Shown here one piece after another: positions 19,031-28,012 of a stretch of 64,000 bases of DNA. The DNA is from Alphaproteobacteria bacterium (GTDB taxonomy: Bacteria > Pseudomonadota > Alphaproteobacteria > UBA8366), in the NCBI GenBank assembly GCA_965228695.1, contig CBDDIB010000002.1, positions 1,497,089 through 1,561,088 on the forward strand. Reading direction: 5' to 3'. How positions within the stretch are numbered: position 1 is the first letter of the stretch; each line of letters begins with the position of its first letter. The position numbers and the translations under genes were made by a program. A model generated the notes under the pieces. That model made no database searches and was not told the origin of the DNA. It was given only the letters and a program-made list of their open reading frames with translations.

Positions 19031-19224
19031 GCCTCTCGCTCTTTGTGGGATCAGGAATGAGGGTGCATTTTCGCGCCGCCCGGCCCGCTGTCAACGCCCC
19101 AGTCGATGGGAGTGCCGGCGGCGTTTCGTGCGTTTGACTTTGCAGCCGCGCTCAAAGATGATGCGGGCGTCCGGGTCCTTTGTGGCGGGCCCATTCCTTA
19201 GAATTGCACCGGACCGACCAATCG

Positions 19225-20271
19225 ATGAATCTCGCGAACCAAAGTGATGCGCAAACGGCTGCCGAAACCGCTATGACAGGGGCCGCCGGCGCCGCGCCGC
19301 TGGCCGACTCCGGCGGGGTTCGCAACGACTGGTCGCAGTCGGAAATCCGGGCGCTTTTCGACCTGCCCTTCAACGACCTGTTGTTTCGCGCGCAGGCGAT
19401 CCATCGCCATCACTTCGATGCCAACCGCGTCCAGAAAAGCCGTCTGCTCTCGATCAAGACCGGCGGCTGTCCGGAAGACTGCAAATATTGTCCGCAATCG
19501 GCGCATTTCGAGACCGGCGTCGATGCCGAAAAACTGATGGACGTCGATGCGGTCATGGCGCAGGCGCGTGAGGCAAAGGACGGCGGCGCAAGCCGGTTTT
19601 GCATGGGGGCCGCCTGGCGCAGCCCGAAGGACCGCGACATGGACGCCATCATCGATATGGTGCAAGGCGTCAAGGCGCTGGGCATGGAAACCTGCATGAC
19701 CCTCGGCATGCTGAGCGGGCCCCAAGCTGCGCGCCTCGCCGAGGCCGGCCTGGATTACTACAATCACAACATCGACACGTCGGAAGAATTCTACGGCGAA
19801 ATCATCACGACCCGCACCTATCAGGACCGGCTCGACACGCTGGAGCATGTCCGCCAGTCCGGCATGAACGTGTGTTGCGGCGGCATCGTCGGGATGGGCG
19901 AAAGCCGCGACCACCGTGCCGGCATGCTCAGGACCTTGGCGACCATGCCGAAACACCCCGAGAGCGTGCCGATCAACATGCTGGTCCAGGTCGAAGGGAC
20001 GCCGTTGACCGGAACCGAGCAGCTCGACATTCTCGAGTTCATCCGCACGATCGCAGTGGCGCGTATTCTCATGCCGCAATCCTTCGTGCGGCTGTCCGCG
20101 GGCCGCGAGGCGATGACCGACGAGGCGCAGGCGCTCTGTTTCCTCGCCGGTGCGAACTCCATCTTCTGCGGCGAGAAACTGCTGACCACCGGAAACCCCG
20201 AGGTCGACGCGGACGATGCACTGTTCGACCGGCTCGGCATCGAACCCTACGAGGCTGAAGCGGGGGAATGA
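19225..20271 (+). CDS. bioB: biotin synthase (radical SAM)
   Basis: [11 protein letters not shown] radical-SAM triad, [16 protein letters not shown]. The start is uncertain: ATG 19225 or upstream 19180. Confidence 0.9.
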   Translation: MNLANQSDAQTAAETAMTGAAGAAPLADSGGVRNDWSQSEIRALFDLPFNDLLFRAQAIHRHHFDANRVQKSRLLSIKTGGCPEDCKYCPQSAHFETGVDAEKLMDVDAVMAQAREAKDGGASRFCMGAAWRSPKDRDMDAIIDMVQGVKALGMETCMTLGMLSGPQAARLAEAGLDYYNHNIDTSEEFYGEIITTRTYQDRLDTLEHVRQSGMNVCCGGIVGMGESRDHRAGMLRTLATMPKHPESVPINMLVQVEGTPLTGTEQLDILEFIRTIAVARILMPQSFVRLSAGREAMTDEAQALCFLAGANSIFCGEKLLTTGNPEVDADDALFDRLGIEPYEAEAGE

Positions 20272-21551
20272 GCCCGCCGGATCGCCCGGAATGGAGTGAA
20301 ACCGGGTTCCCGCATATTTGGCTACCCTATTCGCAGATGAAGACGACGCCGCGCCCCGTCGAGGCGGTGGCGAGCGACGGCGTTCGGATACGGCTCGCCG
20401 ACGGCCGGGAATTGGTCGACGGCGTATCGTCCTGGTGGACCGCGTGTCACGGCTATAACCATCCGCATATTCGCGCGGCGGTCACGGCGCAGTTGGAGCG
20501 CATGCCCCACGTCATGCTCGGCGGGTTCGTGCATGAACCGGCGCTGACCCTGGCGCGGCGTCTGTCGGAAATCCTGCCCGGCGACCTGGGCCATGTTTTC
20601 TTCTCGGAATCAGGATCGGTGTCGGTGGAGATCGCCATGAAAATGGCGGTACAGTATTGGCTCAACCAAGGCGTCAAGGGGCGCGCGCGGTTCGTCAGTT
20701 TCCGTTACGGCTATCACGGCGACACGATCGGCGCGATGTCGGTGTGCGATCCGGACGAGGGCATGCACACGATGTTTCACGGTCTGTTGCCGGAGCAGAT
20801 CGTCGTCGACCTGCCGCGCGACGATGCCGGGTTCGAACGGTTCGGCCGTATGTTGGCCGACCGTTCCGACGAGATCGCCGCCGTCATGCTGGAGCCGCTG
20901 GTGCAGGCGGCGGGCGGTATGAAGTTTCACGGTCCGGATGTGCTACAGCGGATCGCGGCGCTGTGTCGTGAACACGATGTGCTGCTGATCTTGGATGAAA
21001 TCGCCACCGGATTTTGCCGCACCGGCACCATGTTCGCCTGTGAGCAGGCGAGCGTTTGCCCCGATATCGTGACGCTGTCCAAATCCTTGACCGGCGGGAC
21101 CATGGCGCTCGCGGCGACGGTGGCGACGGACCGGGTCTATGGCGCGTTTCTGTCCGATCGCTTCGACGCGGCCTTGATGCACGGTCCGACCTATACCGGC
21201 AACCCGTTGGCTTGTGCTGCGGCGAACGCATCGCTCGACCTGTTCGAACGGGAACCGCGCCAGGAGCAGGCACAGCGGATCGAAACGCAACTGGACAGCG
21301 AGTTGCAGCCCTGTGCCGGCCTTCCGGGCGTCGCCGATGTCCGGTGCCTGGGCGCGATCGGCGTGGTCCAGCTCTCCGGGCCGATGGACCTTAACGCGCT
21401 GCGCGGCCGCTTCGTGGAAAAGGGCGTGTGGATCCGTCCGTTCGGCGACATCATCTATGTGATGCCGCCGCTGGTCATCGAACCGGATGACCTTGCCGTG
21501 CTGACCGGTGCCGTCGTCGACGTCGTCGGCGAATGGTCCGCCGCGTTGTAG
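20268..21551 (+). CDS. bioA: adenosylmethionine-8-amino-7-oxononanoate aminotransferase
   Basis: ATGA overlap with bioB (20268-20271). [33 protein letters not shown] (PLP Lys). Confidence 0.9.
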   Translation: MSPPDRPEWSETGFPHIWLPYSQMKTTPRPVEAVASDGVRIRLADGRELVDGVSSWWTACHGYNHPHIRAAVTAQLERMPHVMLGGFVHEPALTLARRLSEILPGDLGHVFFSESGSVSVEIAMKMAVQYWLNQGVKGRARFVSFRYGYHGDTIGAMSVCDPDEGMHTMFHGLLPEQIVVDLPRDDAGFERFGRMLADRSDEIAAVMLEPLVQAAGGMKFHGPDVLQRIAALCREHDVLLILDEIATGFCRTGTMFACEQASVCPDIVTLSKSLTGGTMALAATVATDRVYGAFLSDRFDAALMHGPTYTGNPLACAAANASLDLFEREPRQEQAQRIETQLDSELQPCAGLPGVADVRCLGAIGVVQLSGPMDLNALRGRFVEKGVWIRPFGDIIYVMPPLVIEPDDLAVLTGAVVDVVGEWSAAL

Positions 21552-21631
21552 CCGGAAGCGGCAGTCCGGAACTATCGGCTTGTGCTTTCAAAGCGTCCGC
21601 GATAGGTGATGCCGCATATTCGAGAGGAAGC

Positions 21632-22948
21632 ATGACGGAACAGACTGCAGGCAGCCTTATGTCGCTGGCCCGCGACTATCACGAATCGGGCCGGGTTCTG
21701 GACGCGGAACGGCTGTACAACCAAATCGTCGAGGAGGATTCCGGCAACGCGGAGGCGTGGTATTATCTCGGCGTTCTGCTGTTTCAGACCGGCCGAAAAC
21801 GGGACGCCATCGCGGCATTAGAGAACGCCGACGCCGCGCAGCCCGGTCATCCCGATATCCTCTCTAGCCTCGGCAGCGTTTGTGGTGACATTGGCGATTA
21901 TGAGACGTCGATCGCTGTCCTTCGGCGAGCCATCAAGGCATCGCCGCAGGATGTTACGCCGTACGAACGGCTTGGCATGACGCTGCTGGCGACGCGCCGA
22001 TTCGAGGAAGCGATCCCGGTCTATCAGCGGCTCAACGACTTGTTGCCGGAAGCGGGCGGCGGGTGGTTCAACCTGGGCCGCGTCTATGAAGGGCTGGGCC
22101 GCTACGAGGATGCGATCGACGCGTTTCGCGAGGCCCTGGCACGCAAGCCTCACTTCACCGAAGCCTATACCGGGATTGCCGCGGCGTCGCTGGACCTGGA
22201 CCGCCCGGCGGAAGCGATCGACGCCTGCGAACGGTGTTTCCGGATACTGCCGGGCGACACCAGCGCCATCGCCTATAAGGCGGTCGCCCTGGATGCCTTG
22301 GGGGATCGCGCGGCGGCGGCCGAACTAATCGATTTCGACCGGTTCCTGCGGGTCGGGCGGATCGAACCGCCGTCGGGATTCGACAGTATTGACGCCTTTA
22401 ACACGGCGCTGATCGACCATATTGATACTCACCCTTCGCTCAGTTTCGATCTGGAGGCGATCTCCTGTCACAACGGTGCGACGAGCGACAATCTGCTGGC
22501 CGAGCCGAAAGGACCGGTCGCCCATCTCGAGACAGCGCTCGTCCGCGCGTTCGACGGATATCTCCGGGGCATCGATCCGGCGCAGGAACATCCGTTCGTC
22601 GACGGCGCGCCGGAAAATTGGCGAATCGAAATGTGGGCGACCGTGTTGGAGCGGCAGGGCCATCAGTCGGCCCATATCCATCCGACCGGCTGGCTAAGCG
22701 GCGTTTACTACGTCCAGGTGCCCGAGGTGGTGAACGAAGGCGATTCGGGTCATAGCGGATGGATCGAATTCGGCAATCCGCCCGATCATTTCCCCGCGCC
22801 GAAGCGGCCGGGTCTTCGTTATCACAAGCCGGAACCGGGAATGTTCTTGTTGTTCCCGTCCTATGTCTATCACCGGACCGTCCCGTTCGATTCGGATACC
22901 CGGCGGATCAGCATCGCCTTCGATTTCGAGCCCTTGTGGGGCGGCTGA
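21632..22948 (+). CDS. TPR repeat :: putative 2OG-Fe(II) oxygenase (PF13759/TIGR02466-like) fusion
   Basis: ATG 21632 follows GAGAGGAAG. TPRs, e.g. AEAWYYLGVLLFQTGRKRDAIAALENA. C-terminal HIHPTGWLSGVYYVQVP...GWIEFGNP...GMFLLFPSYVYHRTVPF...RISIAFDF. Confidence 0.7.
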   Translation: MTEQTAGSLMSLARDYHESGRVLDAERLYNQIVEEDSGNAEAWYYLGVLLFQTGRKRDAIAALENADAAQPGHPDILSSLGSVCGDIGDYETSIAVLRRAIKASPQDVTPYERLGMTLLATRRFEEAIPVYQRLNDLLPEAGGGWFNLGRVYEGLGRYEDAIDAFREALARKPHFTEAYTGIAAASLDLDRPAEAIDACERCFRILPGDTSAIAYKAVALDALGDRAAAAELIDFDRFLRVGRIEPPSGFDSIDAFNTALIDHIDTHPSLSFDLEAISCHNGATSDNLLAEPKGPVAHLETALVRAFDGYLRGIDPAQEHPFVDGAPENWRIEMWATVLERQGHQSAHIHPTGWLSGVYYVQVPEVVNEGDSGHSGWIEFGNPPDHFPAPKRPGLRYHKPEPGMFLLFPSYVYHRTVPFDSDTRRISIAFDFEPLWGG

Positions 22949-22952
22949 CGCT

Positions 22953-23360
22953 TCAGTCCTCGTCCGCCTCGTCCGTTTTCAGGTGAAGCGCTACGGAATT
23001 CATGCAATAGCGCAGTCCGCTAGGCCGGGGTCCGTCCTCGAAGACATGGCCGAGATGGGCGTCGCAGGTCGCGCACAACACTTCGGTGCGGCGCATGAAC
23101 AAGCTGTTATCCTCGCGCGTGTCCACCGCGTCCTCGCCGAGCGGCGCATAGAAACTGGGCCAGCCGGTGCCCGAATCGAATTTCGTCTCGGATGAGAAAA
23201 GCGGCGTGCCGCAGCAAATACAGACGTAGGTGCCGTCATCCTTGCAGTCGTGATACTTGCCGGTGAAGGCCCGCTCGGTGCCATGTTGCCGGGTCACGTG
23301 ATATTGCTCGCGCGTGAGAAGATCGCGCCATTCCGCATCCGTTTTCTGCACCTTTGACAT
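22953..23360 (-). CDS. msrB: peptide-methionine (R)-S-oxide reductase
   Basis: [53 protein letters not shown]. Confidence 0.95.
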   Translation of the reverse strand: MSKVQKTDAEWRDLLTREQYHVTRQHGTERAFTGKYHDCKDDGTYVCICCGTPLFSSETKFDSGTGWPSFYAPLGEDAVDTREDNSLFMRRTEVLCATCDAHLGHVFEDGPRPSGLRYCMNSVALHLKTDEADED

Positions 23361-23398
23361 TGGTTTTCGTTCTCCCAGTTCCAGTTCGTCAGGCTTCG

Positions 23399-24061
23399 TT
23401 ACGGTGTGGAGTATCGCTGCACCTGCACGAGAAGGTCCGTCATCCGCCGATCGCGGAATCCGAATTCCGACAGACAGGATACCGTGTTCTTAAGATAGTC
23501 CCGGCAGCTTCCCAGTCGACCCTCCGCCGTGGCAAGGCGTTTGACCACCGTGGCCGGATCGAGCTTCCCGACGTATCGGGCGTGGTGCCGGTTGCTCGCG
23601 AAGGTGATGGCGCGGACATTGGACGTCGCTCCGGCAACCGTCACCCAGACCGGGCGATAGGTGCCGGCGAGCATTTCGCGTGCCCATACAATGTCCAGTT
23701 CTTCATGCACCGAGTCGGCGGCGATCCGGAAGGCGAGACCGCAACAGGAGCCGCCGGGTTCCAGGGCCAGCATCATGCCCGGCCGGTCCTCGGTCCCGCG
23801 GCCCGCGGTGGAAATCATGCAGTAACTGCGATGGTAACCGTGAATCCGTCCCGGCAGCCGGTCGACGAAATGAAAGGCCGGGTTCCACATCAGCGATCCG
23901 TATCCGAAGACCCATACGTCGCCGCCGTTCGGCACCGCGGACAGCATGGCGTTCTTGGAGGCCTCGCGTTCAGCGTCGGTCCAAATCCGGCCGTGGCGGC
24001 GGCTGTTGGCGGCCATCTCCTTGAAGGCGCCCCGTCGAATGGCGTCGCGGTCTAATGTCAC
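23399..24061 (-). CDS. ChaC-like gamma-glutamylcyclotransferase
   Basis: [42 protein letters not shown] start with no obvious SD, so the start is uncertain. Confidence 0.8.
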   Translation of the reverse strand: MTLDRDAIRRGAFKEMAANSRRHGRIWTDAEREASKNAMLSAVPNGGDVWVFGYGSLMWNPAFHFVDRLPGRIHGYHRSYCMISTAGRGTEDRPGMMLALEPGGSCCGLAFRIAADSVHEELDIVWAREMLAGTYRPVWVTVAGATSNVRAITFASNRHHARYVGKLDPATVVKRLATAEGRLGSCRDYLKNTVSCLSEFGFRDRRMTDLLVQVQRYSTP

Positions 24062-24440
24062 GGGTTGGAAATCCGAATGAAGTGAATTGGTTACGATCTA
24101 CCGGGCTATGCCGGCGTTGGCAAGCGCGACGCGTCTCCGATCGGCGGTGGTGGGGCTATCGAAAACCGTCGCGCACGAACGATCGAATTAATCGATTAAA
24201 TCAAATCAAAATATAAATAAATAGAAAAATCATCAAAATCAATTGCGAATCGAGAAATCAGAGAATTCGAACTATATATCCATCGATAATGTCGATTAAC
24301 ATAATCAAAATATTTGATTTACTTGTTCATTTTGTGGCTAAACCGCAACAATATTGCCTCATGATTCAGTTTCATATGGTTTTTAATTGGATATGGGAAA
24401 GAGATACGCGATTACTTGTGCAGCGAACTGAGACGTTTCC

Positions 24441-24475
24441 TGTGGTTTGCGACGCAGTGTGGCAATTGCGACGGA
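24441..24475 (+). promoter_or_regulatory. tandem direct repeat TGTGG-N1-TTGCGACG / TGTGG-N3-TTGCGACG in the conserved porin leader (copy 1)
   Basis: TGTGG at 24441 and 24458. TTGCGACG at 24447-24454 and 24466-24473. Conserved base for base in copy 2. Confidence 0.4.
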
Positions 24476-24536
24476 AGGACAGGGCGGTTCGATTTGTTTT
24501 TGGGGAGTTTGCAAGTTTATCAGTGTGGAGGTTTTC

Positions 24537-25733
24537 ATGACCAAGTTAAACAAAGCGTTGATGGCCACGACCGCCATTGCCTTTGCATCCGGTCTGGCTC
24601 TTCCGGCATCCGCTCAGGATCCGTCGAAAGCGCCAGGCGTCGTCAAGAGCAACGACAAAATTAAGCTTCGGCTGTACGGGCAGATCACCCGTCAGTTCGG
24701 TTTCGTCAACGACGGCGAGTCGACTACGTTCAAGCAAGGTCCGAACGGCAACACCTCGACCCGCATGGGCATCGACGGCCGCGGCAAGGTGACGAAGGAT
24801 GTCAACATCCGGACTCGCCTCGAATTCGCCCTAAATACCGGCAACAGCACGGGTGGTCCGCAGTTCGAGAACCAGCCCGGTTCGAACGACTTCGACATCC
24901 GCCATCTGGACGTGATCTTCAGCCACAAGAAGGCTGGCGCGATCTGGATCGGCCGCGGCGACTCCGCCACCAACGGCACGTCGGAAGTTAACCTGGCGCC
25001 GGGTATGAGCACCGGTCGTTTGGGTGGTTCGACCCATCACGCCGCCAGCGAATTCCGCTTGATGGACGAGGACGATAGTATTGAGCCGCAGCAGGTCGGC
25101 ACGATCGATCGTTTCTTCTCCAACTTCGATGGCGCGGGCCGGCAAAACCGTATTCGCTACGACACGCCGACCCTCTTCGGCTTCAAGGCGTCGGCCAGCA
25201 TCATCGACAAGCACAACTTCGATGCGGCCCTGCGCTACAGCGGCAAGATCGCGGGTACGGCGATCAAGAGCGCCGTCGGTTATTGTAACACCCAGGGTGC
25301 CCGTTCGTCCGGTGACGGCTCGTGCTTCGGTAACGGCGGCACGATTCGCGGCCAATCGACGGTCAACGGCTCGGTTTCGGTCAAGACTCCGATCGGTCTC
25401 GGCGCGACCTTCTCGGGCGCCAAGCAGTGGCAGAATACGTCCCCGACGACGGTGAACGAAGGCGATCCGTACAACATCCAGCCTTCGATCTGGTACACCA
25501 CGAAGGTTACCGAGCTTGGCGCGACGACTGCCGAATACGCCTTCCAGTACTGCAAGCATTGCGGTCTGAAAGACGACAAGGGCATCGGCCATGCCGTGAC
25601 CATCCTTCAGAAGGTCGATAGCACGGGTGGTGACTACTTTGCCACGTTCCGTCTGTATGATGTGGAGACGGCCACGAACGACAATATCGAGAACCTGTGG
25701 TTCGTCGGTGCCGGCTTCCGCCAACGCTTCTAG
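24537..25733 (+). CDS. outer-membrane porin, paralogue 1
   Basis: ATG 24537 follows GTGGAGG. Signal peptide MTKLNKALMATTAIAFASGLALPASA/QD. Alternating beta-strand-like pattern. C-terminal GAGFRQRF with terminal Phe. Confidence 0.8.
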   Translation: MTKLNKALMATTAIAFASGLALPASAQDPSKAPGVVKSNDKIKLRLYGQITRQFGFVNDGESTTFKQGPNGNTSTRMGIDGRGKVTKDVNIRTRLEFALNTGNSTGGPQFENQPGSNDFDIRHLDVIFSHKKAGAIWIGRGDSATNGTSEVNLAPGMSTGRLGGSTHHAASEFRLMDEDDSIEPQQVGTIDRFFSNFDGAGRQNRIRYDTPTLFGFKASASIIDKHNFDAALRYSGKIAGTAIKSAVGYCNTQGARSSGDGSCFGNGGTIRGQSTVNGSVSVKTPIGLGATFSGAKQWQNTSPTTVNEGDPYNIQPSIWYTTKVTELGATTAEYAFQYCKHCGLKDDKGIGHAVTILQKVDSTGGDYFATFRLYDVETATNDNIENLWFVGAGFRQRF

Positions 25734-25751
25734 GGAGTTTGAGCTGATTTG

Positions 25752-25934
25752 ATGCGAATCCTCCGCACCTTGTTGATCGCTTCCATTGCTCTGGCCCCGC
25801 CGTTGGCGCTTAGCGCCTGCGGCTGGGTCAAGGGCGACAAGGACGTCGATACGTCCGACGGTGAAGGGGCGATTGGTAAAGGGCCCGGACTATTGACCGG
25901 GAAACGCGGCGGCATCATCATCTTTCAGCGGTAA
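25752..25934 (+). CDS. small lipoprotein (60 aa precursor), paralogue 1
   Basis: MRILRTLLIASIALAPPLALSAC with lipobox LSAC. 18 nt after the porin stop. Duplicated with the porin (57 of 60 residues identical, 3 substitutions). Confidence 0.65.
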   Translation: MRILRTLLIASIALAPPLALSACGWVKGDKDVDTSDGEGAIGKGPGLLTGKRGGIIIFQR

Positions 25935-25952
25935 ATCCCGACCGAATCTTGG

Positions 25953-25995
25953 ACCGGCCCCGTCTCTCTTTGGAGAGGCGGGGCCGGTTCTGTTT
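25953..25995 (+). terminator. intrinsic terminator-like hairpin after module 1
   Basis: 16-bp stem ACCGGCCCCGTCTCTC / GAGAGGCGGGGCCGGT with one G.U pair and loop TTTG. Followed by a weak U-tract, TCTGTTT. Confidence 0.55.
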
Positions 25996-26305
25996 AAATA
26001 ATTGATCAAAAACGATAAAATTATCAATCGGCCCGTCCGGTTTATCCAAAAAAATCAATCGTTGCCCGGCTTGTAATCGCTCTCGTCGATGGTTGGATAA
26101 CTGCATTTGAATTCGCCGCGCCGGCGATGGCTTTGCGGGTTCGTCACCCATTTCCGAAATTCATAGAAATTCAGCGTCTTAGGCGGCCTTTCAGTTTGTC
26201 GCAATTGTGCAACAGGGATTTCCACACATTGGACAATCGGATGTTTTTAATTGGACAAACCGATTGATGACTTACTACTTTCTTCCAGCGAACTGAGACG
26301 TTTCC

Positions 26306-26340
26306 TGTGGTTTGCGACGCAGTGTGGCAATTGCGACGGA
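26306..26340 (+). promoter_or_regulatory. tandem direct repeat TGTGG/TTGCGACG in the conserved porin leader (copy 2)
   Basis: TTGCGACG at 26312-26319 and 26331-26338, the same arrangement as copy 1. Confidence 0.4.
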
Positions 26341-26401
26341 AGGACAGGGCGGTTCAAGTTGTTTTTGGGGAGTTTGCAAGTTTATCAGTGTGGAGGTTTT
26401 C

Positions 26402-27601
26402 ATGACCAAGTTAAACAAAGCGTTGATGGCAACAACCGCCATTGCCTTTGCGTCTGGTCTGGCTCTTCCGGCATCCGCTCAGGATCCGTCGAAAGCGCCG
26501 GGCGTCGTTAAAAGCGGCAACAAAATGAAAATTAAGCTGTACGGGCAGATCACCCGTCAGTTCGGTTTCGTCAACGACGGCGAAGCTTATACGTTCAAGC
26601 AAGGCTCGAACGCCAACACCTCGAACCGTATGGGCATCGATGGTCGCGGCAAGATCACGAAGGACGTCAATGTCCGGACCCGCCTCGAATTCGCCATTAA
26701 TCCCGGTGATTCGCATGGTGGTGAGCAGTTCAGCAATGCACCGGGTTCGAACGACTTCGACATCCGCCATCTGGACGTGATCTTCAGCCATAAGAAGGCT
26801 GGCGCGGTCTGGATCGGCCGTGGCGACTCGGCCACCAACGGCACGTCGGAAGTTAACCTGGCACCGGGTATCGGTACTGGTCGTCTGGGCGGTTCCGTCC
26901 ATCATGCCATCAACGAATTCCGTTTGATGGACAAGAATGACGGCCTCGCGGCTCAGTCGGTTGGCACGGTTAACCGCTTCTTCAACAGCTTTGACGGCGC
27001 AGGCCGGGTGAACCGTATTCGTTACGACACGCCCTCCTTCTTCGGTTTCAAGGCTTCGGCCAGCATCATCGACAAGCACAACTTCGACGCAGCCCTGCGC
27101 TATAGCGGCAAGATCGCCGGTACGGCCATCAAGGCCGCGGCGGGCTTCTGCGAAAGTAAGGGTGCTTCGAACTCGAATGACGGCGCGTGCTTCGGCAACG
27201 GCGGCACCATCGAAGGTGTTGCCAATGTCAACGGCTCGATCTCGGTCAAGACCCCGATCGGCCTGGGCGCCACCTTCTCGGGTGCCAAGCGCTGGCAGAA
27301 TCGTGCCGGTGTTGCCCATTCGACCGAAGGCGATCCGTACAACATTCAGCCTTCGATCTGGTACACCACGAAGGTTACCGAGCTTGGCGCGACGACTGCC
27401 GAATACGCCTTCCAGTACTGCAAACATTGCGGTCTGAAAGACGACAAGGGCATCGGCCATGCCGTGACCATTGCGCAGAAAGTCGATAGCACCGGTGGTG
27501 ACTACTACGCGACCTTCCGTCTCGTAGACGTCGAAACGGCCACGAACGACAATATCGAGAATTTGTGGTTCATCGGCGCTGGCTTCCGCCAACGCTTCTA
27601 G
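26402..27601 (+). CDS. outer-membrane porin, paralogue 2
   Basis: Signal peptide identical to paralogue 1 and identical C-terminal GAGFRQRF. One residue longer. Confidence 0.8.
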   Translation: MTKLNKALMATTAIAFASGLALPASAQDPSKAPGVVKSGNKMKIKLYGQITRQFGFVNDGEAYTFKQGSNANTSNRMGIDGRGKITKDVNVRTRLEFAINPGDSHGGEQFSNAPGSNDFDIRHLDVIFSHKKAGAVWIGRGDSATNGTSEVNLAPGIGTGRLGGSVHHAINEFRLMDKNDGLAAQSVGTVNRFFNSFDGAGRVNRIRYDTPSFFGFKASASIIDKHNFDAALRYSGKIAGTAIKAAAGFCESKGASNSNDGACFGNGGTIEGVANVNGSISVKTPIGLGATFSGAKRWQNRAGVAHSTEGDPYNIQPSIWYTTKVTELGATTAEYAFQYCKHCGLKDDKGIGHAVTIAQKVDSTGGDYYATFRLVDVETATNDNIENLWFIGAGFRQRF

Positions 27602-27619
27602 GGATTGCGTGCTGACTTG

Positions 27620-27802
27620 ATGCGGATCTTCCGTACCTTGTTGATAGCTTCCATTGCTCTGGCCCCGCCGTTGGCGCTTAGCGCCTGCGGCTGGGTCAAG
27701 GGCGACAAGGACGTCGATACGTCCGATGCGGAAGGCGCCATTGGCAAGGGGCCAGGTCTTCTGACCGGGAAACGCGGCGGTATCATCATCTTTCAGCGAT
27801 AG
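27620..27802 (+). CDS. small lipoprotein (60 aa precursor), paralogue 2
   Basis: MRIFRTLLIASIALAPPLALSACGWVKGDKDVDTSDAEGAIGKGPGLLTGKRGGIIIFQR. ATG 27620 is in frame with the track start 27605 (TTG). Confidence 0.65.
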   Translation: MRIFRTLLIASIALAPPLALSACGWVKGDKDVDTSDAEGAIGKGPGLLTGKRGGIIIFQR

Positions 27803-27816
27803 CAGTATCCGATTAG

Positions 27817-27856
27817 ACCGCCGGTTCGGGCTAACCCCGAACCGGCGGTTTTTTTT
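27817..27856 (+). terminator. rho-independent terminator after module 2
   Basis: 14-bp perfect stem ACCGCCGGTTCGGG / CCCGAACCGGCGGT, 5-nt loop, followed by a run of T (27849-27856). Confidence 0.8.
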
Positions 27857-28012
27857 ATGCCTGAATTTTCGAGTCCGGCTGGCGTATGAACGGTCTCGCC
27901 GCCGGCCGCGCTACGGGCCGGTCCCATCGGAGGCCTCATACATCCATAGGCGTATGCCGGGTCTGTCGTGGTTCGCCTAATGCGGTGCGCGGCGCCGTTA
28001 AGCGGCGCGGCG

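Larger units (their letters stand above)
24421..25934 (+). repeat. tandem duplication, copy 1 (leader + porin + small lipoprotein)
   Basis: Collinear with 26286..27802: offset +1865 at the leader and porin ATG, +1868 at the lipoprotein stop. The 5' leader and the last ~330 nt of the porin genes are near-identical when read side by side. Confidence 0.9.
26286..27802 (+). repeat. tandem duplication, copy 2
   Basis: See copy 1. A 351-nt unrelated spacer (25935-26285) separates the copies. Confidence 0.9.

Noticed and set aside
25918-26151. 77-aa minus ORF in the spacer between the porin modules
   Set aside because: It overlaps the module-1 terminator hairpin and the lipoprotein stop. It has no SD and low-complexity basic composition.
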